A stretch of 56,978 bases of DNA, filler included, from Sphacelaria rigidula (lineage: Eukaryota), in NCBI GenBank assembly GCA_964200075.2. It is 7 parts of 7 records of this genome, joined end to end, with 100 filler letters (N's around TTAATTAATTAA, not from the genome) between each part and the next. Parts side by side here need not be neighbours in the genome. Positions count along the whole stretch, not along the records: positions 1 to 8,055 come from CAXNAA020012478.1; positions 8,156 to 16,209 come from CAXNAA020012479.1; 5 more parts are not named here. One strand, 5' to 3'. The notes under the pieces are model-generated. The model worked only from the letters and a program-made list of their open reading frames with translations. It was not told where the DNA came from and ran no database searches. Below, piece after piece: positions 1-12,273 of this stretch. Position numbers and translations under genes: made by a program. The stretch's first letter is position 1; every line of letters begins with the position of its first letter.

Positions 1-548
1 CCCACATATACTGAAAGGTGTAGACTGGCGCCCAGAATAAATGAGACGGCAACACACACACTGGTTAAAATCGAGTCATCTTTGCTGCAGGAGTACGCTT
101 GTGACACGCACGTTTCATCTCCGGGTCGGCAGCACTTGTTGGCAAATTTGTTATGCGTGTTTCGTTCAGGGTTCCCACTGTGTTGGCAAGTAGCGCCTAT
201 AGGATGAACGTGATGCATCCGTCACATGAGTGTCGTGAGCGTAACGGCAACTAGGAACTAGCTGGCACAGGAAATTCGACGGATATCTCTTCGACTGTCG
301 AAGGATCGCTTCGAGCCGTGTGAGCATTTGCCGACGTTATTTTTCCTTTCTTCTTTCTCGGCCGTTTGTGTTGTCTTATTTATGATTCAGGGACATGTCT
401 TTCGGGGATTTAATGGACACAGAGGAAAACCGGTTTCATCGACCCCGTGACCACTACGAGTGTCACGCATCACGTGAATACGCTTTGAACCCTGTAAAAT
501 TGGCATGTGTTCCTGCTTTTGCTTTCTCACCACAATATTCTTATGCAG

Positions 549-715
549 GGTTCGATGGGCACGTGGAAGACTATTACCATTACCTCTCGAATGACAGCTA
601 CGATTGGATCACGCGGGAGCTCGCTGCGTGCTGCCCGTCCGGAAGGGTGGTATCTGTGTTGGAGGGTGGCTACTCGCTGGAGGCCAGGATTTCGAAATCC
701 AAGGCTGCGCAGCAG
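549..715 (+). CDS. Histone deacetylase (class II-like), penultimate exon
   Basis: tgcag|GGTTC acceptor and CAG|gtaaa donor. Encodes (G)FDGHVEDYYHYLSNDSYDWITREL...GRVVSVLEGGY, the HDAC GFD(A/G)H Zn-ligand and LEGGY motifs. Confidence 0.88.
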
Positions 716-1289
716 GTAAACGCCAGTGCGTCCAAATGCCCTCTTGTGCAGTTGTTATCGTCATGATCTGGCGAGGGCTTCACCATACCGGCAGTGGGTT
801 GCTTCCCAAAATGGGCGCAATGTCGTATGACCCCGCAGGACAGGAACGTAGCGCATACCCTTGAAGATACCGTGTCGGGTTCGATGTGTGACGGACGAGT
901 TTTGACGTGATACGGGTCGATCCTCCTCGGTAAGCTCTGTCGTGCCGATTAGTAGCTGAGGTGAATTGTCCTTGGTTGCTGTCGCGTGAGTACCCCCCCC
1001 ACCTGGTCCCTGACCCCTCTGACTTACTTTTTGGATTCACTCTGCACTCGTTTTGACATGCGCAGTCCTTAGTTTGTTCACGTTTTATCCAACGCTTTGA
1101 CAACTTGGAAGTAGCCTTGCACGAAGTGCATGCTAAATCGAAGGACAAGGTGGCGGTTGGCCTAACTGTGCGAGGTATGACCGCCACTGCATGATATCTC
1201 GCTGTTCGCTGTGTAATTTGAGCCGGCAGTTGGTGTCGGAGCTAATTCTCAGGTGTCGTGCTCCGTATCTCTTGTGTGTACATGCCTCT

Positions 1290-1450
1290 GCCGTTTCGGG
1301 GGAAGGAATCTTGTAGATAACGTCAAAGTTCCGGCGGAGGTTATTGTACTCTAAACGCAAGTCAACCGGGTCTCGACAGAAAAGCGCGGATGCGCTGGTC
1401 AATTTTGAGTCGTTTTCTATGAAATTTCGACACGATGTACATGAGGTATG
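1290..1450. repeat. Dispersed repeat fragment, homologous (inverted) to about 32310-32455
   Basis: ttgtagataacgtcaaagttcc...tgaaatttcgacacgatgtaca aligns with the reverse complement of 32310-32455. Confidence 0.7.
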
Positions 1451-1452
1451 TA

Positions 1453-1453
1453 G

Positions 1454-1500
<47 letters not shown>
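1453..1500. repeat. (GTT)n microsatellite
   Basis: About 16 perfect GTT units. Confidence 0.95.
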
Positions 1501-1602
1501 ACTCACGGAGGAAGATAAAAACACCAAAGTTTCCAGGAAAACGGAGAATTAATTGGGACTATACTACGTGATGAACTACTCGCCACGTTTCGGCGACGTT
1601 CT

Positions 1603-1732
1603 ACGAGCTGGGCCAGCCATCAGTGATTTTTAAATGAAGAGCGAATATGTTTTTGGCAATTCGAAGAGTTGGGCGCTGAAATGTTGACAGGTATTTTTTT
1701 ATCATCGATCCACGCAACCCTGTGAGGCGTGC
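1603..1732. mobile_element. Degenerate end of the CAGGCTGGGCC-TIR MITE family
   Basis: ta-cgagctgggccagc...aattcgaagagttgggcgctgaaatgttgaca matches the reverse complement of 8338-8467. Confidence 0.6.
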
Positions 1733-3035
1733 AGAGGAAAAAAAAAAGGAAATTAGAGCGAGTTGAGGTTTCAGCAACAACAGTAAAAACGCTGTAACTT
1801 CCTCAAGAACTGATACAAACGATGACGATGCGGCGACACATACAGGCACTCGCGTCAACCACATCGTTGAAAATTTTCGGCCAAAAATACGTGTCGCACT
1901 TTTTGTGTGACCCCGGTGGTCAAACTGATTCAACAGCCTCAAATGACACCGTTTACGAGTTCGAATCCCGACACGACTAAAACGTTTTTGTGTGCACACT
2001 AATCGTGCATAATCTCTCGTACCTCTGGGTTGCATAGGGTCTCGATGTTTTGGTGGTGGTCTTGCTTTTTGGGGGGGGTATAGCGCAGTTTCAAGTAGTA
2101 CTTCTCCCTCGTGCGGTGACAAACGACAGTTGGCTCGAAAGTTCTCTCCCATTCTGGAGCTTATGACGAGCTTGATGCCATCTTGCAGCACGACCAGTGT
2201 GCTCTCGCCTGGGCATGGGCGCAACGGTCTATCGTAATTCCACCGCATTTTGTGAAACGAAACGTCTCCAGACACGCTATCGTACAAAGAATTGGGACGT
2301 ACTCGGTACTCAATACAGTACAATAACATCATCGCCAAAAGTGCACCAATCGAGCGCCGGCGGTGCCTCATGTTACCAGGTTAGTCTGCAGTTCACAGCG
2401 GTATGCTCAGGTCGTGCTGATGTGGAAAACTTGACGAGTTGTGGTGATGACAGAGAATGCTGGGTTCACTGCCGGCCCAGCTCGTATAGGTGCTGAGGTA
2501 AATCTAGTGGAGCACGGCAAATATTTCCTTCGCATGATACGCATTAGTCCGGCCTGTCACGCACACATCTTTCTCTACAACCCGGTACCACCTAGAAGCG
2601 TCTTGGGCTATCTGGATCCATTATGTGGCATCTATTCCGAATGTGGCGCAGTACTCACGGACACGGGTTGCAAGCGTCTCTTATCACGTATGAACACGTC
2701 AAACCCGTCGCAGTCCTTCCGAAGAGCGACCACGTAGAAGAAATGCCCGGGTCGTGTAGAGTAACACATGTGTTGGCAACAGGATGCAAGCCCCCTGTGG
2801 AAGAAGTAAATCTTGCGACAAAAGCGCCGATTTTTAATACCCATTTTCTCGACACGCCAGATTTGACGTATCCGTGTGGATATGATGTTCGTTCAGTACT
2901 TTTCCGTCGTTAAATGGGCTTTCAAGCAGTTACGGCGATTGCGGGAATCGTGACAAACACGAAGCGCCTTTTTTCTCACGTACGACCCTGTTCTGCCCTG
3001 CCCCAATATTGATTCCGTCTCGTCGCGCACGCCAG

Positions 3036-4265
3036 GCCCGTGCCAACAAGCGTGTGTCAAAACCTGACGGATCGATCGCAGCAGCGGACAAGCATCTGGC
3101 TCCTACCAACAGTAACATCGCTGCTGGTCGCACCCTTCGAGAGAGGCGTAACCGTCCTGCAACGCGAGGGAACGCAGCAAGCAGCGGCAATAGCAATGCC
3201 GTCCCAAGCACAGTCAAGTCGGAGGTCGACGGCGGTCGGTCGGGTATGACCGTAGTCCCGAAAACTTCGGGATGTCCCGAAGATCTCAAAGATTCTAATG
3301 GTGTAAAATATCCGAAATATCCTTTGGATCCAATCGGTGGTGTTTTCATTGATGAAACCTCGTACGGTATGAATGATACTGGTATTGACTCTTTGGAGCT
3401 GCAATCGACGGGCTCGGCGGGTGGATGCTCTACGGTATCCTCGAGTCCTGTCATACCGATTGGCGACTCGACAGCACAGTCGCACCCGTTGAGCTCGTCT
3501 TCGTCTTCAGCTTTTGTCGGTGCTGCTGTAGGATCTGGATCTGGACAATCGTACGCTGATGTGGTCGCGGCTGCCTGGCGATATAGGTCGGCGATCGGCG
3601 ATTCGGACAGTACCGGGGAGTCGTTGTTGACTGGCATCGCCCCGCACAGTACGGCGGCGTCGGATCGTTCTATGGCAACAGGTGGTATCGTCAGTGATAT
3701 GACCACCATTACCATGACTACTAACAAAACTAATATTGCAACGGGGGTCACGATGGTCACCAATAGCAGTGCTGATGTTGTTGATCCTGCTGTAGTTGGC
3801 AGAGCGCGCCGCGAACAAAGCAACGCCGCCTCAGCTACTGCTGTCGCGCAGTCGCACAGCGGCGTCATTACGGGGGGCCCGGGCGAAATGGAGCCGTTTG
3901 CGGGGAAATACGTCAATCATTTTTCCATGTCGCCACTGTCGGTAGAACCCGGAAGGTCGACGTCATCACCGCTGGCCTTGGATGATGACACATCAAAGTT
4001 GGACGAAGTACAGGAGGCTCTACGACCGCCACTACCGGCGGCACTAGAGGTCACAAAGAAAACGCAACGAGCGCAACCAAGCAAGAAGAGAGTGCCGAAA
4101 CAGAGGAAGACGACTGCTTGTGCGGCAAGGCAAGATCCGCAAGATCCAAAGCAAACGGATAGCTTGAGTTTGTGGCCTAGTGACGGTGGGCTGGTGTCCG
4201 GAGTTGTTTCACACGTTGCTGCACTGGTCGCTCTGGCTGACGTCGCTTCGAACCCGAGCAGCTGA
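3036..4265 (+). CDS. Histone deacetylase terminal exon: long S/T/G/A-rich region, then the final HDAC helix
   Basis: cgccag|GCC acceptor is phase 0, matching the donor after 715. Open for 409 codons and ends DGGLVSGVVSHVAALVALA, resembling the HDAC C-terminal helix, then TGA. Confidence 0.7.
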   Translation, partial: ARANKRVSKPDGSIAAADKHLAPTNSNIAAGRTLRERRNRPATRGNAASSGNSNAVPSTVKSEVDGGRSGMTVVPKTSGCPEDLKDSNGVKYPKYPLDPIGGVFIDETSYGMNDTGIDSLELQSTGSAGGCSTVSSSPVIPIGDSTAQSHPLSSSSSSAFVGAAVGSGSGQSYADVVAAAWRYRSAIGDSDSTGESLLTGIAPHSTAASDRSMATGGIVSDMTTITMTTNKTNIATGVTMVTNSSADVVDPAVVGRARREQSNAASATAVAQSHSGVITGGPGEMEPFAGKYVNHFSMSPLSVEPGRSTSSPLALDDDTSKLDEVQEALRPPLPAALEVTKKTQRAQPSKKRVPKQRKTTACAARQDPQDPKQTDSLSLWPSDGGLVSGVVSHVAALVALADVASNPSS

Positions 4266-5440
4266 ACGGTTCGGCCAGCACACGGCATCAAAAGATGATG
4301 GAAGAATGATGCAGTCAGTGAGTGCGGACGAGATGGGCTGACCAGTTAAGCCGCTTCGGTAGCTAGTCCAAAGGGAACGCAAAGGTTGATGTGCACTCGC
4401 GTGATCGGCGATCGGAGTGCAGCGCGCGGGGGGTTATGCGAAGAGCGGTTGCTTGTCATATTGTTGTGGATGTCGTATGTAGGTGCCCGGGTGGGTTGAC
4501 GTTTGGTTGCAAATACCATTCCCTACAACGCATGTCATCGCACGGCAACAAACTTGCATGCTTTGAAATTGTTCGTTATTCGTTGTTTGATGCGGGAAAA
4601 TCGATTCCTTAGGTGTGACTTATGGTGCGATTTGTTGTTTGCATGTGGTGCGTGGTACCTGGTACGGCATGGGACTTCTTTTCACATGCGATCCAGCAGA
4701 TCTTTCTCATGTGCATATCCATACGGTTCGTGGTCGACTGAGCGACGGCGGTTATGCTTTTATGAGGAATACGATTCATGTTTCGGTGTGGTTATTCTCC
4801 GTATATGTTATATACATGTTCGATATTGGTGCGGTGGTGGTGCGTGCGATATTGACTCATTGATGTGATGCCGATGTTCGTGGCCTGTTGCTGGTGAGTA
4901 GCTTGGTAGGGCGATATAGAAGACTTGCTTGTTGGTGGTTATTCAAGTGTCCTTGCATTATTTGGGCGTTAGATGCGATGCTGTTCTTGATCTGATGATA
5001 TGGTCTTGGCTTCGTTTGGTATGATATGGCTCCACCCTCATGCCATGAGATGACACACACGCTTCGTCTTGGCTTGGAGTCGCTTTCAAGAGGGCAGCCT
5101 TTTGGGCGGGAAGGGCGACGGGCATGAGGCGAGTCGAGTCGCCCAGCATGTTGTCGCATATTGTTGAGAAGCCGTTAGACAAGAGCACGCTGATTTTGTG
5201 GCCAACACCATCGCAAAAGCTAGTGACGTGTATAGCGAAACCATAATCTCGAAACCTGTACAAGAAGTATCAGCTTCCTTCTGTACCTAGTATGTATCAC
5301 TGTCAGAATCGAGCGTGAGGTGTTGCAAAAGTGCACATGATTTCGTGTGAAGCGGAGGGAATGTGCAAGGCGCGGTTGAGTACGGGTTTTGCGATGATAT
5401 GATGCGGACAGCAACAGTTGACATGTATGTGTTGATGGTA

Positions 5441-5550
5441 CACGGGTGGCCACTGGGGTGCCAGTAACCTCAAATTTGGACGTTACAGACGTTGCACAAG
5501 GTCTGCAACGTCCAAATTTGAGGTTACTGGCACCTCAGTGGCCACCCGTG
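5441..5550. mobile_element. 110-bp palindromic MITE-like element flanked by TA
   Basis: 50-bp arms (CACGGGTGGCCACTG...) with 2 mismatches and a 10-nt loop. TA at 5439-40 and 5551-52. Confidence 0.8.
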
Positions 5551-6201
5551 TAACCATCATTCATCCCATCATTATTCCAGTGTTGCCACGATTTTGTACT
5601 CATGGTTTGGTGGGATGAATTGCGCTTGCAGTGGATCCCCTTTTGTATACCCATATACTGCATTGCAATCCCAACACCTTGCATTCGTGTTTTTCGCTTT
5701 TCACGTACATTTCTTGGTGCTGTTGTTGGGTGCCACCGATTCAACGCACCGGACGCGGGGGCGGGGGATGGGCGATGGTTCTAGTATGATGTGCGATGGA
5801 AGATCCGCAGGAACAAAATCGAGTACTCGTAGAACTCATTTGATGGACGTATACGTCATCCATCGCAAGCACGGACGGGATGTGTTGAGGCCTTCGCGGT
5901 GTATCACATCACAAAATATGCGCTTTCTGCGTTTCTGCCTTTTTCTTGATTGCGCATTGCACGTCGATAGTCCTGTGTGGTGGCCAGGGATGTTCGTTTA
6001 AGCCTCTGACCTCGGCACACAACCAGAATCCACTGTCCGGCAACTGGCACTCAACACCGTGTAAGCACAGGCCACCGGGATGTCTAGACCTTTCGGTAGA
6101 CAACCTGACACACAAGTAACTCATACAAAATCCGTTATATGAGTCTAGGCTCAATAGACACACCTACTGCAGTCAAGTACTCGTACGGGGTCCGCTGCAT
6201 G

Positions 6202-6311
6202 CACGGGTGGCCACTGGGGTGCCTGCAACCTCAAGTTAGGACGTTACAGACCTTGTGCAACGTGTGTAACGTCTAAATTTGAGGTTGCAGACACCCCAGT
6301 GGCCACCCGCG
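6202..6311. mobile_element. Second, inverted copy of the 110-bp palindromic element
   Basis: Same length and arms. Loop cttgtgcaac is the reverse complement of the copy-1 loop gttgcacaag. Flanked by TG...TG. Confidence 0.8.
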
Positions 6312-7249
6312 TGAGTCAAGGTCGGAGACACGTTCGCAGAACCGACCACAACTTGCAGCACAGCACGCAGATGTACGTTTGAGGTATAATGTATCGAGTG
6401 CATTGCTCGAATAATACAATGGTTTCGAGCACCGATACTATCGTGACATACTCATCACATGGCAGACTTGAGTTGACTCTCCCTTGGATAACCGGAAGAG
6501 AGGCCGGAAGTCCAGAAGATTTAATGACAAGGTGGCAAGGTGACAGAGATGTTAGCGGTGCAGTCTCAGCCGGAAACACTCCACAAGACCGACCAGATCA
6601 AATGAAAAATGAGTCCTTACCGGTCGTACAAAGTTACGAATCTCTTCTGTGCAAGTATGTGCACATGTATCCAGAACAGTTATATTGGGTCTAGGGCATC
6701 TTCATCAATTTGGGGATCGACCTCAAATCCCTTGGCCGCGAGGGTAGTCCATCTATAACGTATTCGTGAGATTGAGAATATAATATACAATGAAGAGTGA
6801 AAAGCGGTCAATCAGTGAATGAATCGTTTCAGTTCCGAAAGGCCTCTCCGCGAGGCCCGATATGCTTTCTGTAGCAAGTAGCTTGCTTGCCACTGAGGCC
6901 CTTGATATCCCTGAGTAGGATTTCGACGTATAGCTGTAAGCACAAGCCAGTGATGAAGGCAAAGAAAAGCACACACTGGTGAAAAAAATGACCAAGTTAA
7001 AGCAAATGATCAAAGCCGCTCTCAATCAGCGCTCTACTCTCAATTTCACGAAAACGTTGTTCTATGTCAGGTATAGACTATAGCAGTGGGCGGTCGTCCA
7101 ACTATTCATTTTGAGGCATTTTGTGATTTCTTCGTGATTGACGGTTTTCTTTTTTGGACTCTTTCGCTTGCCACCACTCATTACATTGGGGCTCTGAAGA
7201 TATTTGTATCCGCTCCACATTCCTCCGAGAAAAAAAACATCTGTACTGG

Positions 7250-7575
7250 ATATTGAGTGACTTACGGGCTGACCGGTCATCGGGGGTCCTGCGACTTTTC
7301 AGCCTAGATTCTTACTCTTCGGTATTTTCAGTCAATGGAGCCTGTCCCGATCATATTTCAAAACAATGTACAGTTTTATTTTTTTGAAATTCTGCCTACT
7401 CATTGCACTAGAGCCGAAAAACTGTGTTTCATGCTCAATAACACCCTCCTGATGAAAGGAGTATTTACTCGTTTCGCCCGATAACACCAACTAGCACGGA
7501 CTTGGACACTGTATTTTGAGAATGATCCGCTTATTGTACCGAAATCTACCGACGCTAGCAATTTCGAGTTCTATC
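7250..7575. repeat. Dispersed repeat shared with contig 3 (22464-22790, 22950-23113)
   Basis: Blocks atattgagtgacttacgggct..cgggggtcctgcg and tcaataacaccctcctgat..cgccc..aacaccaact recur in contig 3. Confidence 0.75.
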
Positions 7576-7996
7576 GAAGAGTAGTACGCGAGGAAAATCC
7601 CCAAACCCGGCTGAATTGTCAGACCGCCCACTACTGTACGTTTTTCATGTGAACTTGACGCTTTTGGAACCTTTGCTGAAACCTCAACGACTCACAAACT
7701 CCCATGTGCGAGCTTCTGTCACCGGGGAAACGTCACTTCAAGTTTGGTGCACGAATCTGTCACATAAGTAGAGTAAACGTCCCTATTTCGGAACAGTACC
7801 AATTAAGGAACCCTTTTCTTCAATCGCCCATCAGTCCGCGAAATGTTGGTTGTTTTTCATTCGGATTTTTGCTGTGTGCGCACAAGAGCACAACGCTTCG
7901 TTTTTATCGCTACTGAACGTGCCGATAGCATAGAAAAACACCGTCTCATAGCACTGCGAATAAGCGCGTGTCCGTCTTTCTACAAAATCAGCCTTT

Positions 7997-8055
7997 AACA
8001 ACAAATTGTGCGAATTGAGGTTTAACTCCGAGATGCGATTCAAGCCTAAAACAGT
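7997..8055. repeat. Repeat found at three contig ends
   Basis: acaacaaattgtgcgaattgaggtttaactccgagatg...caagcctaaaaca also occurs at 56922-56978 and, reverse-complemented, at 24476-24536. Confidence 0.85.
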
Positions 8056-8155
8056 NNNNNNNNNNNNNNNNNNNNNNNNNNNNNNNNNNNNNNNNNNNNT
8101 TAATTAATTAANNNNNNNNNNNNNNNNNNNNNNNNNNNNNNNNNNNNNNNNNNNN
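8056..8155. other. Artificial contig linker
   Basis: N44-TTAATTAATTAA-N44, with stops in all six frames. Confidence 0.99.
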
Positions 8156-8467
8156 AAGAGTGGATGCTGTGGGTAATTCGAATAGTTGGGCTCTGAAATT
8201 TTGACACAACGTGTTTATTATCACTACGCACAACATTTCCCGAAGTGCATCCGTATTTCGTTTTTTTCACGGTGTTATAGCATTTTTCTAGTTTCACAGA
8301 AACTTCAAAACTCTTTAACTTCCTGAGTTTTTTTTTTATGCACCTCGGGATATGTTGTGCGTAGTGATGACAAAAAAATTGTGTCAAAATTTCAGTGCTC
8401 AACTCTTCGAATTACCTACAGCATCGCCAAAGTACATTTAAAAAACACTGTTAGCTGGCCCAGCCTG
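8156..8467. mobile_element. Foldback MITE with TA target (Tc1/mariner-like), left end cut by the contig start
   Basis: About 88-bp inverted arms at 8163-8250 and 8338-8425. Right end GCTGGCCCAGCCTG is followed by TA. The same TA-CAGGCTGGGCC terminus occurs at 32062-32074. Confidence 0.7.
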
Positions 8468-8989
8468 TACGTGACTGTTGTGTTACTGGCGGACATTCGA
8501 TGTTTGTTGCTCGCTTCTGCTGAAGCCATGAATAAGTTGTGCTTGCCCGAAAAATGTGGTTCCATGACCTTGTCTATTTTGTTTTGTTTTCACTTGTTTT
8601 GCACGATCTTCTTCCTGGAGCTAAGCGGCCGGCGCCTGACGGGACTTTTTTTTTAATCTGCACCGGTGCTAGTTCTTAGTTTGGCGGTCTTATTTTTCGG
8701 CTCTCTTTTCCGTTCTTTTTTTCAACTCTTCCATCAGATACTCCGTTATCTCTCTCAGGTTTTCTTTGGCGAGTGTTCATCTTGTGATCATGATTGGATC
8801 CGTAGCGCATCAGTTAATGTGCAACAATCAAGTAACCAATAAATAATGCATGACTCATTCTACGATAGGAGGGGGCAGGGAGTACTCATGATCTTGCATG
8901 CCGTAGTTATATGACCGTTGACCTCGAATGCTTACAAAGCCGGGATGGAGTACGCTGTGATGTGTTCGACGAGTCGCATGACGGGTGAG

Positions 8990-9140
8990 CTGTATCCTGC
9001 GAAGATTGTTCGGCCCGAGGCCTACCGATTATCTTGCATTTGGATGACAGCCTCCAATGAGTTGCTTCATTTTCTGGTGTCGCCAATTCCAGAGATGGCC
9101 ACGGCTTACACACTGCCTCATGGATGTCTCACCATTTGAA
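8990..9140. repeat. Dispersed repeat also found at the ends of contigs 5 and 6
   Basis: atcttgcatttggatgacagcct..atgagttgctt..ctgcctcatgg.tgtctcacc recurs at 40772-40883 (+) and 40590-40671 (-). Confidence 0.85.
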
Positions 9141-9353
9141 CACTACGTGGTATGATCATCTCCTTTGCGCGGGATTGAGGTTCTCCCACCCCGCGCAAAA
9201 TGATCTAGCTCGACCACCATCATAGTTGCCTTCTTTTAGTTTTGAAAGCGTGTAGACACAAAATTTTCACTGTCTATTGAACTGTCACGGGGGAAAAAAT
9301 TGATTCCTCCGCGCTCTCCCCTTCTCTGTTGTCATCGTGGCTCGGCCATCTAG

Positions 9354-11414
9354 GTTAAGGAGCGCAAACGCTGGTACTTCGAGGTTACCCTCATCGGACA
9401 AAGCAAGGGCACGCGTGTGGGCTGGGCGCGCTTGGGCGGGGCGTTCAGCCGTGGACGCAGTGGCGAGCGCGAGGAAAACATCAACGGCATCACAGCGAAG
9501 CTCGGATCCGGTGAAGACTCGTGGGGGATATGCGGTCACCGGCAGGGCAAGAGCTACCACCAGGCAACGCGCATTCGAATGGGAAGAATCGAGGCCGCTG
9601 CCCAGATCCGCCGGGAAGAACGTAAAGAAGACACGGATGCTGAGGAAAAGAAAACGAACGACGACGAAGACGAAAAGACGGAGGGCAAAGGAGACAAAAA
9701 CGAGGGAGAAGATGACAGTTCTTCGCAGCCGCGAGAGAGCAAGGGCGTGATCGGGAGCAGCAGCGGGGGCTCCAGTGAGTCAAGCTCTAGCAGCGAGGAA
9801 CGCGCTGGTGCTACCGATGGCGGCGGTGACGGCGGCGGAGAGAGACTGGACGTGGGCGGGTCCGAAGAGGAGGACACAGCCGATTCCATTTTCCTTGCCC
9901 TTGGAGGACTATTCCGTGACAGGTCTTTTTCCGTCGACCAGGAAGGCGAAGATGGTGGGCATATAATCGAGCAGTCCACTCCAGCTCCGGCTACCCCGAT
10001 GTCCTTGCCGTCGCCAAGTTCCATGGTGGCAACGGGAGCAGTGGAGAATGACAACGCGGGAGACGGAATCCAGACGCCGTCGACGCCGCCTGCTCGCACA
10101 CTTGCCCTCCTGCCCCCCCCACCCCCCCCGCCACCGCCACCGCCACTGCCTCTGGGGCAGTCACGTGCCCTGTCCAGCATCAAAGTTCCCAGATCGCCGG
10201 TGCCGAGGTCAGTGGTGGGCAGCTCGTCACTTCGGCCATGGGGCGCGGGAACGGTGGTAGGTTGTCTTGCGGACTTTGTCAGCAAGGACGGAGACAGCGG
10301 AAGGACCGGCACGGTGAAGATGCACTTCTTTTTAAACGGCAATCCTGTAAACGGCAACGCTTCCGTGCCAATTTTCACAGCGACAGTAGCGTCCGATCGG
10401 AATAATGATTCCAATGATGATGGTGATAATGGTGATAATGGTGTGGATGCAACAGATCAGGATGACGAATGGGCGTTGTGCCCGGCCTTCAGCTGTGCTG
10501 CCGCCTCCGACGGAGTTAGCATCAATCTCGGGGAGTCTCCATTCCAATTTCCCCCGGAAGGCCTCATCGCGAAGCTAGGTTCGGCAGCATCGTCAACCAG
10601 CAGTGGCGGTGCGGGTGCCTCTGCAGGAGCGGCGGCGTCCGCAGCGGCGGGAGCTTCCCCGTCCAGCGGAAGCAGCAGAGAAAAAAGGTCGCGCTACGCC
10701 GGCTCCGGGGGAAGCGCAGACAGGGCTTCCCACCAAGTCCACGCGCGGGCGGCAGAGCGCGCACTTGAAGCGGCTTTCGGTCTTGGTCAAGAAGGAAGAT
10801 CGTCCCCTGCTAATACACATGGCGGCAGCGCGGGCGGCGGCGGCAGCGAAGACGGTGGAGACAGTTCGTCCCATGGTGCCGCAGGGTCGGGGCGCGAGAA
10901 AAGCCCGACGAGGTCCTCCGGCGAAGCGAGCGGTAGCTCTGTCGGGGGAGGCCGCGGACGCACTAAAGGGATACGCGGCGGCGTCTTCGCGGTGGGAGAT
11001 GCAGCTGTGTCGCGGTGCGTGCGTTTCGATGGTCATGGTTGGGCGGTGGCGACGCGGCCAAACCTTACCATACAGGCGTTGGACGTGTTCTTGCTGGAGG
11101 CTCTGATCCGGCCCACCGGTGGCGGCAGCGCCGCTGGCGGTGCTACTGCTACTACTTCCGGTGCTCGTGTAGGAGACAACACGGAAATGGTAGTCCTCAG
11201 CCAAACGGGGCCGTCGGGGTTCCATTTGGCGGTCGAGGGCACGAAGGCCGTGCTGCAGCTTAGCGGCTCGCCGGCTGTGGGACGAGAAGAAGCAAGCACG
11301 GGCGCTCCCCCGGGATCTAGACACTGTACTCCTGAAGGCACTCTCCCAGCGCCTGGCGCTTGGTTCAAGCTATCTGCGGCCGTCGCTCGAGACACATCCA
11401 AGGGAGTAGACCAG
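9354..11414 (+). CDS. Giant SPRY/LamG/MIB-HERC2 protein (probable HERC-like E3 ligase): exon with split SPRY domain and start of LamG
   Basis: ctag|GTT acceptor and CAG|gtcggt donor. SPRY motifs RWYFEVTL..GTRVGWA, LGSGEDSWG, WGAGTVVGCLAD, HFFLNG, LCPAFS..INLGESPFQFPP. LamG-like VRFDG, LEALIRP, GAWFKLSA. Confidence 0.85.
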
Positions 11415-11577
11415 GTCGGTTGATTGTTCCCGAACGAAACTGTGGGGACGTTCACCATGTCTGTTGGCGTAGGACAGCAGATGCGGTTTGCAGTCGCTTG
11501 ATTTTCGCGTTTCTACGGGCGCACTTTTTTGTATCAGTCCTCCACACCCGCCCATCGTATCGAATTGTCAAACGCAG

Positions 11578-11770
11578 GTCATTTTTTACGTGGATGGAGT
11601 ACCCGTGCACAAGTCTCACCTTCCCACTTGCGAGACTTTGAGGGGGGCATCAACTTCCCAGTCGCCTCAGCAGCAGCGGCAGCAGCCGTCCGGATCGATC
11701 GTGATCGGCGGGAAGCAAGCAGCGAGATCTGTAGCGCCTTCTTCGGAGACCGGGGACGACACAGAACCTC
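11578..11770 (+). CDS. Same gene, LamG exon
   Basis: cgcag|GTC acceptor and C|gtgaga donor. Encodes VIFYVDGVP...SIVIGG. Confidence 0.8.
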
Positions 11771-12273
11771 GTGAGACATGTAGCTACAGATTCTCATTCA
11801 ACCCCTTTCGTCGTTGGCGCAAGTGTACCAGGTATCATACAACCGCACGAAGTGCCTTGTGTTTTTATGCGCCCGTCTCTCATCAGCAAGTGAGATACTG
11901 CTTGAAGTTCGTATCATCTCGCCGCGCTCGGATTGCCAATCTGGGCTAATATCCCCCTGTCTTTGCATGAGTTCAGCATCAGTGTTCCTCGCAACCCGGC
12001 TTGTGATTTCGTTATTTTATCCACATGTTCCTAGCTTATCACGCTTCAAAATGGATGAAATTGTTGACACCCAGCCATGCCCTTCTCCAGCGGTAGCCTC
12101 AGTACGTCACGCCATTGTCAAACGATCTGCCGCACGTGAACTTCACGAGCATGGTGTTGACTCCCGGCAAGATTGTCGACACCACGTTTGATATTTCCAC
12201 CTCTCCGCCCCTGTTTCGACCACCTTCTGACCGCTCCCGCTGTGAACCTTCCACGGCCGACTCCGAATATCAG

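Noticed and set aside
1601-2371. 256-aa minus-strand ORF
   Set aside because: It lies in the HDAC intron, overlaps MITE-derived sequence and has no protein-like features.
2930-3916. 328-aa minus-strand ORF (also 9554-10414 and 10593-11324)
   Set aside because: Antisense to GC-rich exons whose plus-strand frames carry the motifs or splice signals.
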